Sequence record: LR756501.1
DNA: 64,000 nucleotides
Reading direction: 5' to 3' (one strand)
This document shows, in pieces, positions 55,905 through 64,000 of the stretch; the first letter of the stretch is position 1, and each line of letters opens with the position of its first letter. The notes beneath the pieces were generated by a model, which saw only the letters and a program-made list of their open reading frames with translations, made no database searches and was not told where the DNA came from. The position numbers and the translations under genes were made by a program.

Positions 55905-56990
55905 ATGAGCACATTATCACATTATAAAAACTTTGTTAATGAAGCAGGAGAACCAGTGATTGAACCAGAAAAACCTAAATTCGTTAAAGGTGAAAAGAAA
56001 CTCTTGAAGTTATTTATTTCGCCTAAGCTAGAAGGATTGCTTCAGAAGATGATGAAAACGGCGGATTTTCAAGCTAAAGCTATAGCTAGTAAGATTCTAA
56101 ATATTGATCAAGAACCAGATGAAAATCTTTTCGATATATCTTATATAGATGTTGATAATGATAAGGACGATTCTCTATCTTTTATGCCAGCTCAAAGAGC
56201 TTGGTTCAAAATGGGATTTACTGATCAAGCTGATGCAGATAAAAAACCTGCACCAAATTGTGAAATGTGGACAGGTGCTGGTAGACAATCTTTAGGTGTT
56301 GGTAAGTTTATTAATAGACTTTTTGATAATTTCTCAGATAAAGCAATAGATAGTTTTGTTAAATCATATAGGGCTGAAATCGCAGCAACTATGATTTATG
56401 ATAGATTTAAATTGGTAACTGGTGAAGATATTAGATTCTGGTACGCTGAATCAAATTATTATAAAGATCCAGGTGGTGGAAAAGACGCTGGCCTTAATAA
56501 CTCTTGTATGAGGTACGACGCTAGTTCAAGAGAAGGTAAAAATTGCCAACCATATTTTGATATTTATGTTAAAAACCCAGAAAAATGTGCAATGTTAATT
56601 TTAACAAACACACAAAATAAACTTCTTGGTAGAGCACTCGTATGGTCAAATCTTAGAAAACCAACAGATAAAACATTCATGGATAGAATTTATGTTTTCA
56701 AACAATCTGACGCTGAATTATTTAAGAAATACGCTATGGAAAAAGGTTGGTTATATAAATACGATCAACAAGCTTACGACGCTTCATATGTAGAAAACGG
56801 ACAAAGAGTTAATAAATCAGTTGCTCTTCAATTAAAACCCGCTGAATATAAAACTTATCCTTTCATGGATAGTTTAAAATATTACAATCCAGGTACTGGT
56901 AGATTGGGTTCAGATCCAGGTAACCCAGTTGAAGGAATGAAAAGACTAAAACTCGAAGGCGGTGGAGGACAAGCCGGTAGAGTAGACTAA
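55905..56990 (+). CDS. Paralog 2 of the same family
   Basis: GEDIRFWY, NSCM, FDIYVKNPEKC, GRALVW, MDRIY, YPFMDS. Confidence 0.75.
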   Translation: MSTLSHYKNFVNEAGEPVIEPEKPKFVKGEKKLLKLFISPKLEGLLQKMMKTADFQAKAIASKILNIDQEPDENLFDISYIDVDNDKDDSLSFMPAQRAWFKMGFTDQADADKKPAPNCEMWTGAGRQSLGVGKFINRLFDNFSDKAIDSFVKSYRAEIAATMIYDRFKLVTGEDIRFWYAESNYYKDPGGGKDAGLNNSCMRYDASSREGKNCQPYFDIYVKNPEKCAMLILTNTQNKLLGRALVWSNLRKPTDKTFMDRIYVFKQSDAELFKKYAMEKGWLYKYDQQAYDASYVENGQRVNKSVALQLKPAEYKTYPFMDSLKYYNPGTGRLGSDPGNPVEGMKRLKLEGGGGQAGRVD

Positions 56991-56999
56991 AAATAATAT

Positions 57000-58067
57000 T
57001 TGATAGTGGGACTTAAAAATTTTAATGGTTATGTATATGAAAGTGATATTAACGTGAAAGAACTTCCGATGTTTTTTTCGCCTAAACTTACTGAACTATT
57101 AAATTCAATAGATTCTAAAATATCAAAAGAATTATTAGATTTACCAAAGTCTGATGTTAAATTTCAAAATTCTTACGCTGATCTAACTAACGATATTGAT
57201 ACTATTAGTGTTCTACCAGCAAATAGAGTTGGTAGATTAGCTGGCGTAACAGAAGAAGATCTAGTTAATCCAAAGCCAAATAGTCCAGTATGGGGTGAAA
57301 AAGGAAGACAATCAATGAGAATTGGTGCTTTCGTCACAAGAACTTTACCAAAATATGCTGGAACAAAAGACCTTGAGAATTTTGTACATCTCATTAAAGG
57401 TAAATTAGATCAGGATAATTACGAATTAAAGATGGTAAGAGGTGAAGAGATACGTAAATGGTACCACGTTAAATCTTATTATAATCCTCATCCAGGTATG
57501 GAAGAAGCACCAGAAGAGGGAGTACTTGATGTTAGAACTCCTCTTATGAAGTCTTGTCTTAAACAACCAGAAAAACAATCATTTTTTGATATTTATTGCC
57601 AAAATCCCGAACAAGTTGGCATGTTAATCATGTTAAATAAAGAAGGCAAATTGGTAGCAAGAGCAATAATATGGTTTGATTGTTTTGTTGTGGATATACC
57701 AGGCAATCCAACAAAGGGTGTATTAATGGATAGGATTTATTATACAAACGAATCAGATGTAAATATCTTTATTGATTACGCTAAGGAGCGTGGTTGGTGG
57801 TACAAACCAAATCAGGCAAAAGAGGTTTATACTTTTGTAAAGGACGGACAAGTATGTGATAAAGGTATTACAACCAGATTAAAAAATCACGGTGTATTTG
57901 CTCGTTACCCATATATAGATACAATGTGTTTTTACACACCAGACACAGGAAGATTATCAACAATTAGAGGTAAACCCACTAAAAGTCCATTTACTGGTGA
58001 AACAATGGAAAGGTTCCAATTACATAAAGCCAACGGTGGTACAAAAAGACTCGCCAGAGACAAATAA
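57000..58067 (+). CDS. Paralog 3 of the same family
   Basis: GEEIRKWY, KSCL, FDIYCQNPEQ, ARAIIW, MDRIY, YPYIDT; GTG start. Confidence 0.75.
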   Translation: MIVGLKNFNGYVYESDINVKELPMFFSPKLTELLNSIDSKISKELLDLPKSDVKFQNSYADLTNDIDTISVLPANRVGRLAGVTEEDLVNPKPNSPVWGEKGRQSMRIGAFVTRTLPKYAGTKDLENFVHLIKGKLDQDNYELKMVRGEEIRKWYHVKSYYNPHPGMEEAPEEGVLDVRTPLMKSCLKQPEKQSFFDIYCQNPEQVGMLIMLNKEGKLVARAIIWFDCFVVDIPGNPTKGVLMDRIYYTNESDVNIFIDYAKERGWWYKPNQAKEVYTFVKDGQVCDKGITTRLKNHGVFARYPYIDTMCFYTPDTGRLSTIRGKPTKSPFTGETMERFQLHKANGGTKRLARDK

Positions 58068-58083
58068 AATAAACAAATTTTAA

Positions 58084-59109
58084 ATGGCCCTGTATAACTA
58101 TAACGGATTTTTATTTGAAGCAGACGATAAAGAAAAAAAGAAAATCCCACTTTATATTTCAGAAACATTATTATCTATATTATCTAATATAGATTCACCT
58201 ATAGCTAAAAAACTTATAGAATTAGATGCCACTAAACAGCCAACAGTTAAAGGTCATAATAAATTTGAAATATCTTATTTAGATTGTGATAGAACAAAAA
58301 AAGATAAAGAAGATAAAATATCTTTTATGCCCGCGGCTAAGGCTTCTGAAGTACCTGGAATATTGAGCAAAGTAGGAAGTATGGAAGAAATTATGCTTCC
58401 ATGTAATGATTGTTATAACTCTAAGTTAAGACAAGAAATGTCTGTTGGTAAAATAGTAAATAGATTATTCCCAGATACTTACAAACAAGTTGAGATTGAA
58501 AAGTTTGTAAATGATTTCAAAGCTGAAATGGGTAAAGCTTCAGCTAAATTCAAATTAGTTGAAGGAGAAGAAATAAGATATTGTTATCTTGAAAGTAATT
58601 ACGAGAATACGTCACAAGGTGATCTTAATAGTTCTTGCATGAAACACGAATACGCACAAAAATATTTAGATATTTATTGTAAGAATCCAGATAAATGTAA
58701 GTTATTAGTATTAATGAGTGATAAAAACGATAAAAAGATTAAAGGGAGAGCATTGGTTTGGATGGGATTACGCAAACCAACAGGTAAAGTTTACATGGAT
58801 AGAATTTACGTTTTAAATTACGCAGACCAAAAATTATATATTGATTACGCTATCGAGCACGATTGGTTGCATAAAGCACAACAAGTGATGCACGACGCGT
58901 CTTATATAGAGAACGGTAAAAGGGTTCACGCCTCAGTAGCCATTCAATTAAATCCTGCTATGTATGATTATTACCCATCAATGGACACTCTTGCTTATTA
59001 CACTCCAAGTACTGGTAGGTTAGGAAGTAACGCTGGAAATTACGTTAAAGGACATCCACGTTACACACTTAACAGTGCGGAAGGCGGAGCTACAAAATTA
59101 GACAAATAA
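58084..59109 (+). CDS. Paralog 4 of the same family
   Basis: GEEIRYCY, SSCM, LDIYCKNPDKC, GRALVW, MDRIY, YPSMDT. Confidence 0.75.
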   Translation: MALYNYNGFLFEADDKEKKKIPLYISETLLSILSNIDSPIAKKLIELDATKQPTVKGHNKFEISYLDCDRTKKDKEDKISFMPAAKASEVPGILSKVGSMEEIMLPCNDCYNSKLRQEMSVGKIVNRLFPDTYKQVEIEKFVNDFKAEMGKASAKFKLVEGEEIRYCYLESNYENTSQGDLNSSCMKHEYAQKYLDIYCKNPDKCKLLVLMSDKNDKKIKGRALVWMGLRKPTGKVYMDRIYVLNYADQKLYIDYAIEHDWLHKAQQVMHDASYIENGKRVHASVAIQLNPAMYDYYPSMDTLAYYTPSTGRLGSNAGNYVKGHPRYTLNSAEGGATKLDK

Positions 59110-59155
59110 ATTGTTAAAAAATTCCAAAATCTCTTAAAAATTAATTAAAACACAC

Positions 59156-59413
59156 ATGGGTTGTGAAATCAATTTGTCCAGATTAAAGGGCATAGCTGAT
59201 AATATAATCAAAACGGAAAACAACTATGAGGATAAGAGTTTAAAATTGCACTATAAGTGTGATCCAGACAGGAGATGCATTATGAGTATCATAAAGTATC
59301 TTAATAACACAGACTGGAAAAATTATAAATTCAATCAATATAGCATTAGAAAAAACGAACAAGATTATATCATTACATTAAATTACGTAGCACCATCACT
59401 TTTTTCCAAATAA
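59156..59413 (+). CDS. Hypothetical protein
   Basis: 85-aa ORF. Confidence 0.45.
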   Translation: MGCEINLSRLKGIADNIIKTENNYEDKSLKLHYKCDPDRRCIMSIIKYLNNTDWKNYKFNQYSIRKNEQDYIITLNYVAPSLFSK

Positions 59414-59455
59414 GCAATATATTTTTAAATATATATTGGGAAAAAAGCTGATTTT

Positions 59456-59692
59456 ATGACTACCATAGACAACATTTTTTACATTTTCATCGACGAACAG
59501 AACGAAAAATGTACTATTAAACTCGTTCAAGACTTTGACTGGAAAATCACGCCCATCGCTGGAACCCTTCCAGACGATATAATATCTTATTCCAATAAGT
59601 TTGATATTGATGATATTATGGATGATCTCAGAAGTAGATTCGATTACGTAGAAGAAATCTCCTATAACGATATCGATGATTACATGTCGTAA
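59456..59692 (+). CDS. Hypothetical acidic protein
   Basis: 78-aa ORF preceded by TAAATATATA. Confidence 0.55.
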   Translation: MTTIDNIFYIFIDEQNEKCTIKLVQDFDWKITPIAGTLPDDIISYSNKFDIDDIMDDLRSRFDYVEEISYNDIDDYMS

Positions 59693-59786
59693 TTGGAAAA
59701 AAATCAGTTTTTTCTCTTAATATATATCTTTGTATTGAATCAATTTTTTACTAAATGTAAAAGATACGAAAAAATAAAACGAAGAT

Positions 59787-60668
59787 ATGAATAACTTAAA
59801 CGAATACAAATTATTCAAAGGGACAAATAAACCACGAACAAAGTATAGTTTGAAACCACCAACTGATGATACCCCATATTACGGATATGATTACAATAAA
59901 AGTCCGGAGCAAGATCCAGATGAACCATTTCTTAGTGTGAATAAAGATAAATATTTCACTAAAAAGAACGACGATGTTGTTAAACAACAGAGAGAATTAA
60001 ATAGCACAATTGGAATTGCTAAATTAAAAGAGTTTGGATTTGTTGATGAAGATCTTGAAAAATTAAAAACTTTAGGATTTATAAGTAATCCATCATACAA
60101 CAAAGATGAGAATTCTTGGCATTTTTATGTTAGTTTACAAAATTCTGAATACGGAATAGGTTTTTCTTATTATTTGCCTGAAAAAGATTTCATTGTTAGT
60201 TCACCAGATTTTGTTGATTATAAAAAATCTCATAAAAAAAGATTCACTAATGCTAGTGACGCTGTAAATTGGGTATTGGAAGTCAGAAACTCGATAAAAA
60301 CTAGAAGAAGAGAAATGGGAAGAAGAGTTACAGAATCAAATGAACCAGGTTTAGACGTTTTTAATTTCAAAGGAATTGATAAGAAATTAAACAACTTAAT
60401 CGAGTTTGATGATTTTGATAAAACTTTAAAACCAAAACAACAAAAATCAACAAAAAGAACTGAAGTTGGTTTGGATATTTTAAATGAAAGTGTAGTTAAC
60501 AAAATTACATTAGATGTACCTTTATTTATAAGAATGTTAGAATACGCTAAGGAAGACGCCAAAACAGATATGGATTTACACAAAGTAACAGAAAATATAC
60601 TTGATATGAGTGCAGACGGTAAAATGTTAACAATGGCAAATTACGATAGTATAGTAAAAATAAAATAG
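59787..60668 (+). CDS. Multi-module hypothetical putative virion protein
   Basis: MNNLNEY start; internal VTES and LNES junctions; C-terminal ITLDVPLFIRMLEYAKED module. Confidence 0.65.
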   Translation: MNNLNEYKLFKGTNKPRTKYSLKPPTDDTPYYGYDYNKSPEQDPDEPFLSVNKDKYFTKKNDDVVKQQRELNSTIGIAKLKEFGFVDEDLEKLKTLGFISNPSYNKDENSWHFYVSLQNSEYGIGFSYYLPEKDFIVSSPDFVDYKKSHKKRFTNASDAVNWVLEVRNSIKTRRREMGRRVTESNEPGLDVFNFKGIDKKLNNLIEFDDFDKTLKPKQQKSTKRTEVGLDILNESVVNKITLDVPLFIRMLEYAKEDAKTDMDLHKVTENILDMSADGKMLTMANYDSIVKIK

Positions 60669-60674
60669 AATACT

Positions 60675-60851
60675 ATGAAACACGTGAAGAAATTTACAAT
60701 AAATGAGGGTCAAGGACCAGATGAAATAGAAACTGATTTAAACGCCATAGCTCAAGATGTTTGGTTATATATTATGGATACTTACCATCTGAATGAAAGA
60801 CAGGTACAAATAGTTATAGATAAATTAAGTGAAAATTACAGATTGATGTAA
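60675..60851 (+). CDS. Small putative virion protein (58 aa, not in ORF track)
   Basis: Translated by hand as MKHVKKFTINEGQGPDEIETDLNAIAQDVW...YRLM*. Confidence 0.65.
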   Translation: MKHVKKFTINEGQGPDEIETDLNAIAQDVWLYIMDTYHLNERQVQIVIDKLSENYRLM

Positions 60852-60875
60852 AAATAAAAAAAAAATATAAACGAT

Positions 60876-62165
60876 ATGAAAAACTTTAAATTAGAATTAT
60901 TTAACTTCAAGAACAGATTAACTTTCGATCAGACTGATATTTCAAGTCTTGTAGAAGGGTTCATAATCAATTATGATCAATATTCTGAGAAAGAACTCGT
61001 TAAATCTGTTAACGAAAAACTTTTAAAATACACCTATGATACAGATGTAAAAATGTTCTTAGAAGGATTAGATAGCGAAATGAAATCCTATCCTTTGATT
61101 TACGAATTGAAAGATTTGTACAAGAGAGTAGAAAGAGAAAATCAAGGTATGTTATACAGACAACCTTTGAATACTATTCTTGAAATTATCAATAAATCAG
61201 ATGATGACGCAAGAATGGAAGCAATCCTTAATGAGCTTCGTATGTATGATTGGGTACCACAAATTAAGAGCTTTGTATTCGGTTTAACAAAATCACCATT
61301 AGAAAGACAAAACATGTCGAACTCTGGTAAAGCTGAAAAAGTTTACACCATAGTTGAAAAAGTAGATAATGGTTACATGGCATTTGTAAGCGATAGATGG
61401 TTTATGATTGACGATAAAGAAGTAAAACAAATCTTAGCAGAAGACTACATCGAAGACGAAGATAAAATTAAAGAAATCAGAGTCCTCGAGCAATGTATGA
61501 AACTTTCAACAATCGAAAATGATAAAATTTCTTTCAAAATTGACGAAAACGTTATCGTTGCTTTATCAACAAAGAACGACAAATCGATGTTTATCAACGA
61601 AGAAAAATTAGATCCAGAAACAACTTTGGAAAACATTTTCAATTCACCTATCATCCCTTATTTAAAGAGAGACTATTTTATGTTAATCAACACATTAAAA
61701 GAAAACTTAAATAACCTCGTTGAATTAGATATAGCTTTGAAGGTTACAAATATTCTTAATCCTTACTTAGAAGCATACGCTTTCAATTATAAAGATAAGA
61801 TGTATTTATATAACAAAGATATTCGTACAGGCAGTTCATTCTACGCTTATGAATCAGTTAACGAACTTATCAACGATACAAAGAAAGATTTAGATTACGA
61901 TCTTACACACTTCTTTGAAAATAAGCTTTCAAAAGAATTGAAACAATTGAAAACTTTAGAAGATAAAGAAAAATCAATTGAACTCAAAATCAAAGACATC
62001 AACGAAGCAATTGACGAACTTAAGAACGAACAAGCTTTATTGGAATCAGATAAATCTCTTAAATTAACTTTTGATAATTTATTAGTTCACAGACACAATC
62101 TATACAAAGAACTTAACAAAACAAAAGACGAAAAAATTCAATTTAAGAAATCCTTATTGAAGTAA
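60876..62165 (+). CDS. Hypothetical helical/coiled-coil protein, probably morphogenesis-related
   Basis: 429 aa; C-terminal coiled coil; sits beside the late sigma and head-completion genes. Confidence 0.65.
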   Translation: MKNFKLELFNFKNRLTFDQTDISSLVEGFIINYDQYSEKELVKSVNEKLLKYTYDTDVKMFLEGLDSEMKSYPLIYELKDLYKRVERENQGMLYRQPLNTILEIINKSDDDARMEAILNELRMYDWVPQIKSFVFGLTKSPLERQNMSNSGKAEKVYTIVEKVDNGYMAFVSDRWFMIDDKEVKQILAEDYIEDEDKIKEIRVLEQCMKLSTIENDKISFKIDENVIVALSTKNDKSMFINEEKLDPETTLENIFNSPIIPYLKRDYFMLINTLKENLNNLVELDIALKVTNILNPYLEAYAFNYKDKMYLYNKDIRTGSSFYAYESVNELINDTKKDLDYDLTHFFENKLSKELKQLKTLEDKEKSIELKIKDINEAIDELKNEQALLESDKSLKLTFDNLLVHRHNLYKELNKTKDEKIQFKKSLLK

Positions 62166-62185
62166 TAATCAGACGTTTAAGCTGG

Positions 62186-62223
62186 GTGCCCATATTTTAA
62201 TGATAAATATGGGCACTTTTTTT
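62186..62223 (+). terminator. Rho-independent terminator
   Basis: GTGCCCATATTT-TAATGAT-AAATATGGGCAC followed by a T-run. Confidence 0.85.
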
Positions 62224-62389
62224 AAACTTTTATATTCAGTGGGCGTATAAGTTTCGATTTGATTACTAAAGCATTACAGGCACCCTAGCAAAATTGAGCA
62301 TCTCCTAACAAAAACAAGCTTTTCAAGCATCTTAGCTGTTAATTTCCTAACAAATTTTTTTAATACCCTTAAAAAATAATTAAAGATGC

Positions 62390-62764
62390 ATGGCTAATTA
62401 TCTTGATGATAACGAACTCTTCTACGAGATTGTCCTTAGCAAGGGCAAAGGCTTTCTAACCAAAAAAGCGGAAAGAATGTTTATAATGATTGGTGAGAAC
62501 ATGATTCGTAAAAAGAATAATATGTACAAGACCCAAGACGATAAAAATGATTGTTTACAAACTGGATTACTATTCATGTTTGAGAAGTGGACCAACTTCA
62601 ACGAAAAAAAGTACAAATTAGCACTTCCTTATTTTTCTGAAATTTTTAAGCGAGGAATGGCACAAGGTTATAATGACTTAACCAATAAAAAGACTAATCA
62701 AGAAAAAATTGTAATGATCAGTTTAGATTCTTGTAATGATGGCGAAGGATTCCATAATTTTTAA
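62390..62764 (+). CDS. T4 gp55-like late sigma factor (sigma region 2 type)
   Basis: NYLDDNELF, DDKNDCLQTGL...WTNFNEKK...PYFSEIFKRG resembles gp55 YVNNKEL...NFD..K..NP.AYFT. Confidence 0.72.
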   Translation: MANYLDDNELFYEIVLSKGKGFLTKKAERMFIMIGENMIRKKNNMYKTQDDKNDCLQTGLLFMFEKWTNFNEKKYKLALPYFSEIFKRGMAQGYNDLTNKKTNQEKIVMISLDSCNDGEGFHNF

Positions 62765-62767
62765 AAT

Positions 62768-62811
62768 AAAAAAGGTCATAGTTTTCAAAACGGAAAATTA
62801 TGACCTTTTTT
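62768..62811 (+). terminator. Rho-independent terminator
   Basis: AAAAAAGGTCATAGTTTTC-AAAACG-GAAAATTATGACCTTTTTT hairpin. Confidence 0.75.
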
Positions 62812-62842
62812 ATTTAATATATAATGTAAAGACAAAGTAAAT

Positions 62843-62998
62843 ATGGATAAAGATAAAAAAATTTTATTTAATTTCAGAATTCATAAAGAATTGTATAATT
62901 ATTTATCGAGAAAATCAAAAGATAATTATACTACAATGACTCAATATATTATAGATTTAATAAAAAAAGATAAGGAACTTGATGGGAAAAATTTGTAA
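62843..62998 (+). CDS. Small RHH-like DNA-binding protein (51 aa, not in ORF track)
   Basis: MDKDKKILLISEFHKELYNYLSRKSKDNYTTMTQYIIDLIKKD; overlaps the HNH start. Confidence 0.45.
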   Translation: MDKDKKILFNFRIHKELYNYLSRKSKDNYTTMTQYIIDLIKKDKELDGKNL

Positions 62999-63581
62999 AA
63001 AATGTGGTGAAGAAAAAGAGATTATTCCGAAAACAACTCTGTGTAAAGAATGCGTGAAAGAAAGGAAAAAAATATACACTTCTACATATTTTAATAAACA
63101 TAAGGATGATCTATTATCTAGATCTAGAAAATACTATCAAAATAATAAAGAAAAACATAAAATATCAGTTAACAATTGGATAAGTAATAATAAAGAACAT
63201 AGATTAGAAACAGAAAGAATAAGAAAAAAGAAAGATAGAAAATTAAGGCCTTACATTCATGCTTGGAGAGATTCATTAAAGAGTGCTTTAGATAGATTAG
63301 GTAGGAAAAAAGAAGGACACACTATTGATATTTTAGGATATTCTGCAATACAATTAAAAGAACATATTGAGAAACAATTCACAGAAGGAATGTCCTGGAA
63401 TAACTATGGTGAATGGCAAATAGATCATATAAAAGAGGTCTGCACTTTTGATGAAAACACCCCAATTCACGTAGTAAATTCTTTAGATAATCTGCAACCT
63501 TTATGGTATAAAGAAAATCTGGATAAATGGTTTTCTTTAAAAAAGAAATTAAAAGACAATGGGATATCGAGCCAAGCCTAA
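62982..63581 (+). mobile_element. HNH homing endonuclease gene
   Basis: KICKKCGEEK..CKEC zinc finger; WQIDHIK...NSLDNLQPLWYKEN HNH core. Confidence 0.85.
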
Positions 63582-64000
63582 TTCACCGAAAAGATCAGAC
63601 GGTAAGGATAAGTATAAACAAGGAACTTATAATTTAATTAATCCATCCAAGTATTTAGGGGATCCGTCAGTTATATACTGGAGGTCTTCTTGGGAATATA
63701 AACTTTATTTTTTTCTCGATAACGAACCAAGAGTGTTGAAATGGAATGTTGAAGGCACAACGATTCCATATGAAATAGAAATTAATGAAAGATGGGAAAC
63801 TTGTAGGTATCACCCAGATTGTTATTGTGAAATTCAAAAATTGGATGGTTCAATATCCAAAACACTATTAGAAATAAAACCATATGCTGAAACTATACCA
63901 CCAGTATATCCAAAAAGAGTTACTGCCAAATCTCTCGAAAACCATGAGTATAGACAAAAAATGTTCTTGAGAAATCTAGCTAAATGGACAGCAGCCAAGA
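63559..64000 (+). CDS. T4 gp4-like head completion nuclease (3' truncated by window edge, not in ORF track)
   Basis: Translated by hand: YKQGTYNLINPSKYLGDPSVIYWRSSWE...W.VEGTTIPY...RYHPD...LEIKPYAET...NLAKWTAAK. Confidence 0.88.
   Translation, partial: MGYRAKPNSPKRSDGKDKYKQGTYNLINPSKYLGDPSVIYWRSSWEYKLYFFLDNEPRVLKWNVEGTTIPYEIEINERWETCRYHPDCYCEIQKLDGSISKTLLEIKPYAETIPPVYPKRVTAKSLENHEYRQKMFLRNLAKWTAAK

Noticed and set aside
1-64000. Cellular chromosome origin suggested by dnaK, infC, nadD and the histidine kinase
   Set aside because: These genes are isolated among T4-like morphogenesis genes and many small unknown ORFs, with no bacterial operon context
1-64000. Stop-codon reassignment as in some large phages
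   Set aside because: Recognisable genes are full length in code 11 and coding density is high
1-64000. tRNA, rRNA or intron RNA genes
   Set aside because: No cloverleaf or T-loop signatures were seen in the intergenic gaps by eye; tRNAscan/Infernal would be decisive

Overview
The window is a 64-kb slice of a strongly AT-rich, gene-dense large (jumbo-type) tailed phage genome with T4-like morphogenesis genes. These include a gp21-like prohead protease homolog, a gp55-like late sigma factor, a gp4-like head-completion nuclease, a tape-measure-like protein, FN3-repeat tail or adhesin proteins, a RuvC-like resolvase and a T4 RNase H-like nuclease. It reads cleanly in genetic code 11. The host is probably Bacteroidota, judged from a type IX secretion C-terminal domain protein, Bacteroidota-style DnaK and IF-3, and A-rich ribosome-binding regions without Shine-Dalgarno sequences. 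Host-like accessory genes are dnaK (partial), infC, dut, a MazG-NadD fusion, NADAR, a SLOG protein, a PAS hybrid histidine kinase, GH16, an M16 peptidase, and HD and HAD hydrolases. The most striking observations are: (1) a near full-length major vault protein homolog; (2) about 20 proteins with T4 capsid-targeting-like N-termini, including a four-paralog array and polyprotein-like proteins built from modules ending in a recurring DPYGEExW motif; (3) apparently crippled or fragmentary copies of head-assembly proteins (a protease-dead gp21 and two stand-alone portal-like fragments), two of which carry the same motif. I saw no tRNA, rRNA or CRISPR array. All family calls come from recognising motifs by eye, not from database searches.
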